64,000 nucleotides of DNA from contig JABHWM010000020.1 of NCBI GenBank assembly GCA_018657765.1, positions 18,786 through 82,785 of the forward strand, read 5' to 3'. A program made the position numbers and the translations under genes. This document shows positions 19,039-27,533 of the stretch, in pieces. Positions within the stretch are counted from its first letter, which is position 1; each line of letters starts with the position of its first letter. The notes below the pieces were generated by a model. That model saw nothing but the letters and a program-made list of their open reading frames with translations. It did no database searches and had not been told where the DNA came from. Origin of the DNA: Minisyncoccota bacterium (lineage in GTDB: Bacteria; Patescibacteriota; Microgenomatia; UBA1400; PJMF01).

Positions 19039-20364
19039 ATGCTATTTATTTTTCTACTAACCTTTCTTTTTTTGGTGTCTTTTTCACCAGTTTCTGCTAA
19101 TAGTTTTTCTGGTCAACTTTATGAAGATCCTGATGCCAATACAATTGGTTTTGGAGGGACAGATAACCGCTGTGAGGGAAGTCTTGAAACACCTGTTGTA
19201 GGAGCTGGCTTCAGAGCAAAAGCACTTAGGACCGGAGAAACAGACTACGGCACCTTCATGGGAGCTACTTATACCATTACTACTGGAACAAATAACCTAG
19301 ACTATACAGTCACCATAGATATGCCTTATCCTCCAGCAGATCCCGCTAATGCCTGGCAATGTGCTTGTAATGCAAATCCACTAGATCCATACCAATGTAT
19401 TTTTACCAATCAAGATCCTACTGATTTATCATCCTTAAATTTTTTTATAAAACGAGCCAATGCCAATAACAATTCATGGTGGCAAGTCCTAGGTGGAAAT
19501 ATATTCTCCAAACAAAATATCCAAAGCCTCATTCCAAACTCTGAACTACCTGGATACTGTAATACTACACCTGGATGTATTCCTGCTTTGATAGATACAA
19601 ATCCTACACTAACCCTAGAGAGTCCCGGGTTTGCCTTTACTCTAGATGGCTCTATTTCTACAAGCCAAATCCCAGGATCATCCTTTCTACATACAAGTCA
19701 AAGTAGAACAAATGCCCTCCAAGCTTTTGCCTTAACTTCTGATCTTCCAGAAGAAAAATATGACTTTTTTTACAAAAAAATGAAACAAGAAAGTGTTGCT
19801 TTACCTAGTTCTCAAAAACCAGTTCCAACAGAAAATCCAGGGATATATCTCCATTCTGGAGATCTAACAATTAATGATCAAAACTCCTGGCAGGTGTTAA
19901 ATACAGAACAAATAATTGTTTTTATCACTGGGAACTTACTGATTGATGATACTAGTGGTGAGCAACGCATAATCACAGTAGAGAAGGGTGGAGATGGATT
20001 TCTATCATTTATTGTTCAGGAAGATATTATTATCTCTCCTAACGTGGGCTACACAGATATTATGACTGATCCACACTCAGCAAATATTCCACTAGTAGAA
20101 GGAGTCTTTATAGCTGATGGTAAAATTCAAATTCAAGGAACAGCTGATACTCAAGATAAAAAATTTATTGGTGCTGGAACCTTTGTAAGTTGGGATGGGG
20201 TACAACTCCAAAGAAGCTTTGCTACACCAGGGAACAATTCTTTGAATAATATTAGTCCAGCAGAAGTCTTTATTTTCCGTCCAGATTTTCTAGTTAATAC
20301 TCCCAAGAACATGAAAGCTGCTCATTTTTACCTCAGAGAACTACAACCAAAACTATTACAATAA
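19039..20364 (+). CDS. Secreted protein, paralog B of the preceding gene's C-terminal domain
   Basis: Signal peptide ending VSA|NS. Blocks shared with paralog A: YEDxDAxTxGxGGTDNxC, NAWQCACNAxPxDPYxC, IIVFxxG..IDDT, EGVFIADG, KFIGAGTFV and IFRPDFLVNTPK. Confidence 0.8.
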   Translation: MLFIFLLTFLFLVSFSPVSANSFSGQLYEDPDANTIGFGGTDNRCEGSLETPVVGAGFRAKALRTGETDYGTFMGATYTITTGTNNLDYTVTIDMPYPPADPANAWQCACNANPLDPYQCIFTNQDPTDLSSLNFFIKRANANNNSWWQVLGGNIFSKQNIQSLIPNSELPGYCNTTPGCIPALIDTNPTLTLESPGFAFTLDGSISTSQIPGSSFLHTSQSRTNALQAFALTSDLPEEKYDFFYKKMKQESVALPSSQKPVPTENPGIYLHSGDLTINDQNSWQVLNTEQIIVFITGNLLIDDTSGEQRIITVEKGGDGFLSFIVQEDIIISPNVGYTDIMTDPHSANIPLVEGVFIADGKIQIQGTADTQDKKFIGAGTFVSWDGVQLQRSFATPGNNSLNNISPAEVFIFRPDFLVNTPKNMKAAHFYLRELQPKLLQ

Positions 20365-20399
20365 AAATATAACAAAACTCACTTAATAATTGAAAAAAT

Positions 20400-20996
20400 A
20401 TGAACATAAAAAATATAATAAACCAGCATAAAAATAGTAAAGAAAAATCTTGTAAACAAAATCAACAAGCTGGCTTTACTCTGATAGAACTACTCATCGT
20501 CTCGACAATTACTGTTATGGTTATGATGACCGTTACTGCAATGTTACTTACTTTTATCATTACTTCAAAAAAATCTAGCATCAAGCAAAAAGTTAATAAT
20601 GAAGGTAATAATGCTTTATCAAAAATAGAGTTCGTTTTACGGAACTCCCAAAAACTGGTGGCTGGACTGGACGGTTCTACTATCTGTAGTAATGATGCAG
20701 AAACACCTATGACAGATATTGCTATTCAAGGACTAGACGGCTATGTAACTACTCTTCAGACATATCCTTTGGAAAATGGACAAATTGCCTCATATTCTTC
20801 GGCTATTAATGATTACTACTATATAACCTCAGATGAAACAACTCTTTCAAATTTACAGTTTACTTGTCTGACAGGAGAAGAGAATTCTTACTATGTAGGA
20901 GTCTCGTTTGACCTCAAAATCGGTTCTGGACTATCAAGTGATAAAGAGACAGCTATTGAGAATTTTCAGACTGGAATAACCCTTAGAAATCATTAA
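20400..20996 (+). CDS. Prepilin-type N-terminal cleavage/methylation domain protein (minor pilin)
   Basis: Class III signal ..NQQAG|FTLIELLIVSTI with Glu at +5. The leader is 25 aa long. Confidence 0.8.
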   Translation: MNIKNIINQHKNSKEKSCKQNQQAGFTLIELLIVSTITVMVMMTVTAMLLTFIITSKKSSIKQKVNNEGNNALSKIEFVLRNSQKLVAGLDGSTICSNDAETPMTDIAIQGLDGYVTTLQTYPLENGQIASYSSAINDYYYITSDETTLSNLQFTCLTGEENSYYVGVSFDLKIGSGLSSDKETAIENFQTGITLRNH

Positions 20997-21017
20997 ACTT
21001 GTAAACTGCAAAAATCA

Positions 21018-21491
21018 CTAATCCCATTTACGAAAAGTCTGAACAAGCTCTACATCTTTTACACTATCATTAGTGGACCATGAAACAGTAATTTTCACTC
21101 TTATCTGTGGCTCACTCGGTACTGTTTCATCAACAACAACCTCTGCTTCTCTAAAAAACTCTTGACTGGATATAACAATTGTATCTGTAGCCTCACAAGC
21201 ACCAGCCACAAAAGCTTCTTTAGGAGCGGGGATAGTTTGAAAACAATAAGTAGTATTATCTCTCAAGGAATCTGAAAAACCTTCCCAACCCAATAAAGTT
21301 CTTTCTCTACGAAATGCCTCCATTGCTATTTGAGCTCTCTTTACTGCCTGAGACCTGTATTCTGACTCCGCATTTGTCTTCAGTGATAAAGTCAAACTAG
21401 CTACAATAGCCGTCAAAACTAAAGCCATAACACCTACAGCTACAATAATCTCGATAAGACTAGAACCTTTTTGTAATACAAATTTACTCAT
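21018..21491 (-). CDS. Pilin-like/pseudopilin protein (PilV/GspI-like)
   Basis: MSKFVLQKG|SSLIEIIVAVGVMALVL, with Gly at -1, Glu at +5 and a hydrophobic helix. Confidence 0.7.
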   Translation of the reverse strand: MSKFVLQKGSSLIEIIVAVGVMALVLTAIVASLTLSLKTNAESEYRSQAVKRAQIAMEAFRRERTLLGWEGFSDSLRDNTTYCFQTIPAPKEAFVAGACEATDTIVISSQEFFREAEVVVDETVPSEPQIRVKITVSWSTNDSVKDVELVQTFRKWD

Positions 21492-21997
21492 TACTGCCAG
21501 TCTCCTTCGCTAAACCTACCTTCTCTATAAATAGTAAAAGTAAAACTATTTGTTTCATTAGAAACATTAATAGCCTCACTAGCTGCTCCTCCAGTCAGAT
21601 CAACCCCAGCATGTAAAACATTAAAATTATAATCAATAGTAGGACTAATATTTACTCTTCTAGCAAACTCATAGGTCTCTGCAGCATCGGCTGTTCCAAT
21701 ACTACAAGTTGCTTGTAAAGAAAGCTCTGTTATTTCTCCAACTTGATAAGTCATTACTCTATAACCACTTAGCTGATCACAACCACCAAGATCACCAGAG
21801 CTAGCTTCTGCCTGAGCTCTTTGAAAAAACGTCTTTAACTCGTCTACAGAATTACTGACTTTTCTTTTATCTAGATAATTTAAAAAAGTTCCAATAATAC
21901 TACTCATTAAAATCAAACTAATAGCTACTGCCACTAACAACTCTATTAAGGTAAATCCTTGCTTTTTTTTGTTGGTAAGTTTTTTATTAATTAACAT
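21491..21997 (-). CDS. Prepilin-type minor pilin
   Basis: Start preferred at ATG 21997 (MLINKKLTNKKKQG|FTLIELLVAV). The longer ORF-track start at 22045 would overlap the upstream pilin gene. Confidence 0.8.
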   Translation of the reverse strand: MLINKKLTNKKKQGFTLIELLVAVAISLILMSSIIGTFLNYLDKRKVSNSVDELKTFFQRAQAEASSGDLGGCDQLSGYRVMTYQVGEITELSLQATCSIGTADAAETYEFARRVNISPTIDYNFNVLHAGVDLTGGAASEAINVSNETNSFTFTIYREGRFSEGDWQ

Positions 21998-22013
21998 CTT
22001 TTGTAAAATAAAA

Positions 22014-22415
22014 CTACGGATTCTGTACAGAATAAGCAGTGTCATCTGGTTCTAAAGCAGCCTCTAGAGTAAATCCGGATGCCTCAGTTGTATTACACGT
22101 TCCAGATGGGACATAGGTATATAAAGGATTTGCCTCACTACCCAAAGGATCAAAAGGAATTTCATTTGTATAGCCATCAATAGTAGTCAACATTGCCAAA
22201 TAAGTAACATCTGCTGGATAACAACCATTATCACTACGATACAAAACAAGCTGCTGCTGAACAGACAAAATATCTGACTTTCTTTTGGCATTACGACTAC
22301 TTTGAGTAGCCTGCCTGTAACTAACCAGAGCTATAGTTGTAAGAATAATCATGATTGTAGAAACCACAAGGATCTCGATCATTGAAAATCCATGATTGTT
22401 GTTTTTTATTTTCAT
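22014..22415 (-). CDS. Prepilin-type minor pilin
   Basis: MKIKNNNHG|FSMIEILVVSTI class III signal. Confidence 0.8.
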   Translation of the reverse strand: MKIKNNNHGFSMIEILVVSTIMIILTTIALVSYRQATQSSRNAKRKSDILSVQQQLVLYRSDNGCYPADVTYLAMLTTIDGYTNEIPFDPLGSEANPLYTYVPSGTCNTTEASGFTLEAALEPDDTAYSVQNP

Positions 22416-22453
22416 AATATGAGATTAATACTTTCTATTACTTTTCATAAACT

Positions 22454-22885
22454 TTACTGTAAGTTTGTCAAACAATAATAATCACCTGAAGTATAGTCAC
22501 AAGTAACTCCAGAAGGTGCAGAAGAATTTCCTATACTACCTTCCAAATAAGCACAGACACAATATCCGGTAGCGTCACAACCATCAGCAGTGTTATAGAT
22601 AAAACTACCAGAGTTTTTGGGATCGCTTGGCAAACCTCCAGGCATGATTGCACCAGATCCAGAGTCATAAGCCGCCATAGTACTACATGCTTCATAAGAA
22701 GTATTATCTGCTTTATATTGCTCAAAAGCATCCTGCATAGCTTTTATATCACCCCGTCTTCTACTATCTCTACCTTTTTTCTGTACCGTAATAAATGCCA
22801 CTGTTCCCAAAGCAATCAAGATTCCCATGATAGAGATCACTACCAATAGTTCTAATAGACTAAAACCTTTTTGTTTTTTTTTCAT
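22454..22885 (-). CDS. Prepilin-type pilin (GspG/PilA-like)
   Basis: MKKKQKG|FSLLELLVVISIMGILIALG, followed by a RDSRRRGDIKAMQDAFEQY helix typical of T2SS-G/T4 pilins. Confidence 0.85.
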   Translation of the reverse strand: MKKKQKGFSLLELLVVISIMGILIALGTVAFITVQKKGRDSRRRGDIKAMQDAFEQYKADNTSYEACSTMAAYDSGSGAIMPGGLPSDPKNSGSFIYNTADGCDATGYCVCAYLEGSIGNSSAPSGVTCDYTSGDYYCLTNLQ

Positions 22886-22939
22886 TTTATGTGCCTTTAT
22901 GGTTATTTAAACCATTTTTAATTTTTCTCGACTAGTTTT

Positions 22940-23974
22940 TTATGGACTTACTTGAACTTGTATTCTAGAAAGTCCTTCCAGGCTACTTTTTACACCCTGC
23001 TTTGTCTCTGCCTGAAGAATAACATTATAAATACACCTAGATCCACCAGTACAAGTATATGTATGTTGAACCCTGCCATTTAGATCTAGTAAATCTTCTA
23101 TTTTCCCATCACCAAAATTAATAGTTACCTTATTAACCTGATCTTCTTCTGAATTTTTTTCTGCATACTTATTCAAAATTCTTATTAATTTATCATCCCA
23201 ACGCAGTTCCATCTCAGACTCTCCAAAAATAGTTTCTTGGGCAAAGACATCTCCTTTGACATCACTAACTGTATAAATAAACTCCATAAAATCTCCAGAT
23301 TTTAGAAAAACAACTCTAGATTCAGAACTAACAGCTGGCTCAGAATTAAATGTCAAAACTACTGGTTTTTCACTACAACTAGAATAACAAGATCTAGGGC
23401 AATCAAGAGCATCTGTCTGTTGAAAGTCTTGACCAGATTGATAGGTGCTTTCACAGCAAGTATAGCCATATCCACCACAAACGGTAGCTGGACCTTCATT
23501 CAAAACCACACTTAGATCTGCATCGACTTTGCTAGAACTCACAATAACTGACTCATCTTCATAAACAATTCCAGTTCTACCAAAAATAGAAAGCTCTAGG
23601 CCATGAAGATATTGACCTTGAATAAAACCAGACTGACCTTTTCCTCTTCTTACCAAAGCTGGTAAGGTTTTCCTCTTGATAACATTACGAAGATCTTCAG
23701 AAACCTGACAAACAGATTCCAAAACATACTCTCTATCAGAAATAAAACGAAGCTGATTTCTTACCAAAATGCCATCATCAGTAAAAGCACCACCATACTC
23801 CAAGCAATCTTTGACAAGGTCGTGAGGAGTCTGAAGCTTAGAAAGGTATCGGACATCACTTTTGAGCTGTCTTAGCCCTGTAGAAAGAAGAATCTCCCGA
23901 CTAATAAAACCTCCTAGAAAAAAGAGAATAAATATAAAGAAAGTGGCAGTAAAAAATATCTTTAGAACTCGCAT
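22940..23974 (-). CDS. Hypothetical membrane-anchored Cys-rich protein with PKD-like C-terminal domain
   Basis: N-terminal TM helix, a Cys cluster (CGGYGYTCCES..DCPRSCYSSCSEKP), and a C-terminus INFGDGKIE..VQHTYTCTGGSRCIYNVILQAETKQG that resembles a PKD repeat. Confidence 0.6.
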   Translation of the reverse strand: MRVLKIFFTATFFIFILFFLGGFISREILLSTGLRQLKSDVRYLSKLQTPHDLVKDCLEYGGAFTDDGILVRNQLRFISDREYVLESVCQVSEDLRNVIKRKTLPALVRRGKGQSGFIQGQYLHGLELSIFGRTGIVYEDESVIVSSSKVDADLSVVLNEGPATVCGGYGYTCCESTYQSGQDFQQTDALDCPRSCYSSCSEKPVVLTFNSEPAVSSESRVVFLKSGDFMEFIYTVSDVKGDVFAQETIFGESEMELRWDDKLIRILNKYAEKNSEEDQVNKVTINFGDGKIEDLLDLNGRVQHTYTCTGGSRCIYNVILQAETKQGVKSSLEGLSRIQVQVSP

Positions 23975-23989
23975 AAATTAGCCAGTAAA

Positions 23990-24808
23990 TCAGCTAACTA
24001 ATATCTTGACATATTCTGCCCAAACTGCATATCCCCAGACTAAACTAAGACCTGTAGAAAGCAGGAGAAATGGACCAAAAGGCAGAGTTTGTCCAAACTT
24101 TTTTTTCTTTATTAAAATCAAAAATACTCCTACCAAAGCCCCTATTACAAATGATCCAAAAATAGCGACTAAAATTCTTTGCCATGATCCAAGTAAAAGC
24201 CCCAACGGTATAGCCAGTTTTACATCTCCAAAACCAAACCCTTTGCCTTTAGTAAAAAACCACAAGGAAAAAAAGAAACTTACTAGACAAAAAGTCCATA
24301 ACAAACTAAATCCAAAATCTCTAAACTGCATCTCACCTTTATAGAGTAGGGCGAACCTATAAGCCAAAGTTCCTATTGTAAGAAGAGCAACCGTCCAATC
24401 AGGAATAATCATATACTTGAGGTCTGTAATAAAAATAACCACAAAAATAACTGCAACAAATAACCAAAAGGCTGGTTGCACATAGAGTAGAGGAGCGGCA
24501 GTGATCTTGAAAAAAACAAACCCTGCAAAGTACCACCATAAAAATAAAATACCAGTCATTCCCTCTACCAGAGGATGAACAAGACCTATTTTTGCCTGAC
24601 ATTTGGAACATTTTCCCTTCAGAAATAAATAGGAAAACAAAGGAATATTTTCATACCATGGGATCTTCTTTTTACAGTGTTCACAAACAGAACGAGCTCG
24701 TACCCAATCCTGACCACGCATAGATCTATAAATCAAGACATTTAGAAAACTACCAACAGCAGTTCCAAAGAAAAAAACTAGAATACCCATGATCTCAAAA
24801 AAGTTCAT
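23990..24808 (-). CDS. pilD: Prepilin peptidase (A24 family, PilD)
   Basis: N-terminal Zn-finger-like CEHCKKKIPWYENIPLFSYLFLKGKCSKC, the catalytic GFGDVKL motif, and a polytopic topology. Confidence 0.9.
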   Translation of the reverse strand: MNFFEIMGILVFFFGTAVGSFLNVLIYRSMRGQDWVRARSVCEHCKKKIPWYENIPLFSYLFLKGKCSKCQAKIGLVHPLVEGMTGILFLWWYFAGFVFFKITAAPLLYVQPAFWLFVAVIFVVIFITDLKYMIIPDWTVALLTIGTLAYRFALLYKGEMQFRDFGFSLLWTFCLVSFFFSLWFFTKGKGFGFGDVKLAIPLGLLLGSWQRILVAIFGSFVIGALVGVFLILIKKKKFGQTLPFGPFLLLSTGLSLVWGYAVWAEYVKILVS

Positions 24809-24901
24809 GTCTTTGAGTATACATGGTTGAGATTATGGGTGGTATTTAAAAATATTTTTTGTGAGACAAGAATAAAACTGTAAAAATAAGAAATAAGCAG
24901 T

Positions 24902-24930
24902 AAAAAAGCGGCCATGATGACCGCTTTTTT
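24902..24930. terminator. Bidirectional hairpin AAAAAAGCGG-9 nt-CCGCTTTTTT
   Basis: 10-bp stem (24902-24911 / 24921-24930) with A/T runs on both sides. Lies between the small Flp-like gene and pilD. Confidence 0.5.
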
Positions 24931-24961
24931 GTTCTTTAAATTTACCTCCCTAGAATAAAGT

Positions 24962-25150
24962 TTAAAAGGATAATGCATTTTCCATTATCCAAATAAAATA
25001 ATCCGCCAAATAGTTCATCCATCCTAAGATGGACAAACCTGTTTCGATTTTAATAAAGTAACTAATCCCAGAAAGGATTATTACTAAAACTAAAATCATC
25101 AAAGCCGACTCTACGAGCCCTTGACCTTTCTCTTTTTCACTAAATAGCAT
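24962..25150 (-). CDS. Small Flp/Fap-like pilin candidate (62 aa)
   Basis: ATG at 25150 is preceded by GGAGAG. MLFSEKEKG|QGLVESALMILVLVIILSG resembles the Flp-type G/xxxxE(Y) class III signal. The ORF-track TTG start at 25171 is less likely. Confidence 0.45.
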   Translation of the reverse strand: MLFSEKEKGQGLVESALMILVLVIILSGISYFIKIETGLSILGWMNYLADYFIWIMENALSF

Positions 25151-25536
25151 TTTTCTCTCCAATAATTTCAAGTTATCTTTTTAAAGATAAAGTTTAGTTT
25201 TACGAGCTTGAAACAACAATTCAGGATTTAATCTAGAATCACTCTTTCAAGCCCATATCTCTATTAAAATTACAAGAAAAATAGGGTAGAGGTGCTAAAA
25301 AACTTTATTTAAATTTATCTACTGAATATTTACTGCATTAGTAAAATCCAATATCAAAAAAATTAAATTTAGCTTATAGCATTTAATTTTGAAAGAACTC
25401 AATCATTATATATTAAAAGTTATAGGATGTCAATCTTGGCTAAAATAAATACAAAAAAACTGCCCACACCCCTAAAGGGGTTTATCTCACAATAAACTGA
25501 CAAACAACTTAATAATCACTTCAACCCCAACAAAAA

Positions 25537-25558
25537 CTCCCCTGTAAAAACAGGGGAG
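25537..25558 (-). terminator. Rho-independent terminator downstream of the major pilin gene
   Basis: Perfect 8-bp stem CTCCCCTG/CAGGGGAG with a 6-nt loop. On the minus strand it is followed by TTTTTG. Confidence 0.7.
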
Positions 25559-25588
25559 TAGTATCTTCAATAATTATTTTTTACAAAA

Positions 25589-26221
25589 TTATGGGAGACA
25601 GACACAGTTACCAATAGCACCACATTGAGCAGTGTTACCGATAGCACTAGCAGCTGGATAATCAGCTGGATAGTTATCTAGAGTATCATCTCCATCTGGA
25701 TCAAGTCTTGTATCTACCTCTTGCACAAAAGCATTTGATTTTGGTGCAAAACAAGCATAAGTACTAGCTCCTTGAGTCCCAGAATTATAAAGATAGAGGT
25801 AATTATAAGTTGTCTGAGAAACTCTTTCCAAGAAACTTTGTTTCAACTCATCAGCTCCAGTACAACCTACAGTAGAAGCTGTTCCTATTTTTTCTGCAAT
25901 AGGACAAGTACCACCACTATCTGTTAAAGTACTATCTTCAAAATGGACCCATGCTAAACCAACATTTCCAGAATCAGAAGCCCCTACTTGCCATGGATAA
26001 AATCCATTAAATGCATAGTAACGATCGATAGCACTAATCAATTGTTCTGCATCAGATCTGTTTCCAGTATCTCTACCTCTGTTGATCTGCTCAATAGGAT
26101 TAATGGCTGCCAAAACTGCCACTGCCAAAATTCCTAAAATACCGATAACAATCAGTAGTTCAATCATCGTAAAACCAGCTTGCTGTTTTATTTGATTTAA
26201 AAGTGAAAATATCTTTTTCAT
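25589..26221 (-). CDS. pilA: Type IV pilin, probable major subunit
   Basis: MKKIFSLLNQIKQQAG|FTMIELLIVIGILGILAVAVLAAINPIEQINRGRD. Has its own terminator, an AAAGGAA RBS, and C-terminal Cys pairs. Confidence 0.85.
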   Translation of the reverse strand: MKKIFSLLNQIKQQAGFTMIELLIVIGILGILAVAVLAAINPIEQINRGRDTGNRSDAEQLISAIDRYYAFNGFYPWQVGASDSGNVGLAWVHFEDSTLTDSGGTCPIAEKIGTASTVGCTGADELKQSFLERVSQTTYNYLYLYNSGTQGASTYACFAPKSNAFVQEVDTRLDPDGDDTLDNYPADYPAASAIGNTAQCGAIGNCVCLP

Positions 26222-26323
26222 ATTATCTAAATTCCTTTCTTTAATTTCAATATCTACTATAAACTATTTCTTGACAGTAATACAAGGGTGTTCCAGTCCA
26301 AAACAACTATTTTAATAAAAAAA

Positions 26324-27526
26324 CTAAAACTGACTGGTCAAACTGTATATTGGCATAATAATAGCAATCACCATTGCCCCAACACCTATTCCTAGTACTA
26401 CCATAATTAATGGCTCCATAGCAGAGGTAAGATTCTTGACTGCTTGCTCACTTTCAGATTCAAAATACTTTGAGAGCTTTAATAAAACTTCATCTAGTTT
26501 TCCAGTTTCTTCACCTACCGCAAGCATTTGATGTAAAATTCCTGGAAATAAGCTAAATACAGAAACTGCTCCAGACAAAGAAACACCTTTCTCTACTTTT
26601 TTACTAATACTTTGCATTGCCTCTCGATACAAAATACTATCCATAGACTCAGTCACGATCATCAAAGCATTCAATAAAGGAACTCCAGAATTCAATAGAA
26701 GAGATAATGTTCTAGCAAAACTAGTCAAAATTATTTTCTGCCTTAGGGTTCCAATAATAGGTACTTTAAACAAAAATCCATCTATTTTTCTTTGACCAAT
26801 TTTTGTTTTGTTCCAACTTCGAAGTCCAGAAACTCCGCCACCAATAATAGAAAGAATTAACCACCAATACTTCGCCATAAAGTTGGCTACAGACATCAAA
26901 ATCAGAGTAGGGAGTGGTAGCTCAGCCCCAAAATCTTTATACATATCAGTGAGTTTCGGAATAACAAAAATCATCATCACAAAACCAACAACCAACATAG
27001 CGATAAAAACAATTATAGGGTAAATCATGGCCCCTTTTGTTTTTGCCTTAAACTCTTTATCTTTCTCTAAATTTTCAGCTAATTTATCCAATACTTTATC
27101 CAAAACACCACCCAATTCACCAGCTTTTACCAACTGAATATAGGTACGATCAAAAACATCGGATTGCTTTGCCAGAGATTTGGCAAAGGTAGATCCACCT
27201 TCTACTTCTCGCAGTAGAGAACTTACAACTTCTTTCATTGCTGGATTATCTTGTTCTTTGAGAATATTTAACCCTGTAGCCAAGGGTAGACCAGCATCAA
27301 TCATGGTTGATAACTGTCTAGTAAAGTTAACTAGATCTTCATGTTTTACTTTATTTAGAGCACCAGACAGAACAGAAAGCCCAGAACCACTTAAAAGAGA
27401 AATATCTATTACCAATAATTTTCTACTAATTAAAACACCCGCAGCTTGACTCTTATCTTGAGCTTCGACTTTACCTTTTACGGTTTCACCGTGAGGATTT
27501 TTGGCTGTATAAGAAAAAATAGCCAT
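26324..27526 (-). CDS. pilC: Type IV pilus platform protein PilC (GspF family)
   Basis: 400 aa with two T2SS-F repeats, three TM segments and the typical ..GEETGKLDEVL.. motif. Confidence 0.9.
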   Translation of the reverse strand: MAIFSYTAKNPHGETVKGKVEAQDKSQAAGVLISRKLLVIDISLLSGSGLSVLSGALNKVKHEDLVNFTRQLSTMIDAGLPLATGLNILKEQDNPAMKEVVSSLLREVEGGSTFAKSLAKQSDVFDRTYIQLVKAGELGGVLDKVLDKLAENLEKDKEFKAKTKGAMIYPIIVFIAMLVVGFVMMIFVIPKLTDMYKDFGAELPLPTLILMSVANFMAKYWWLILSIIGGGVSGLRSWNKTKIGQRKIDGFLFKVPIIGTLRQKIILTSFARTLSLLLNSGVPLLNALMIVTESMDSILYREAMQSISKKVEKGVSLSGAVSVFSLFPGILHQMLAVGEETGKLDEVLLKLSKYFESESEQAVKNLTSAMEPLIMVVLGIGVGAMVIAIIMPIYSLTSQF

Positions 27527-27533
27527 AAACTTA

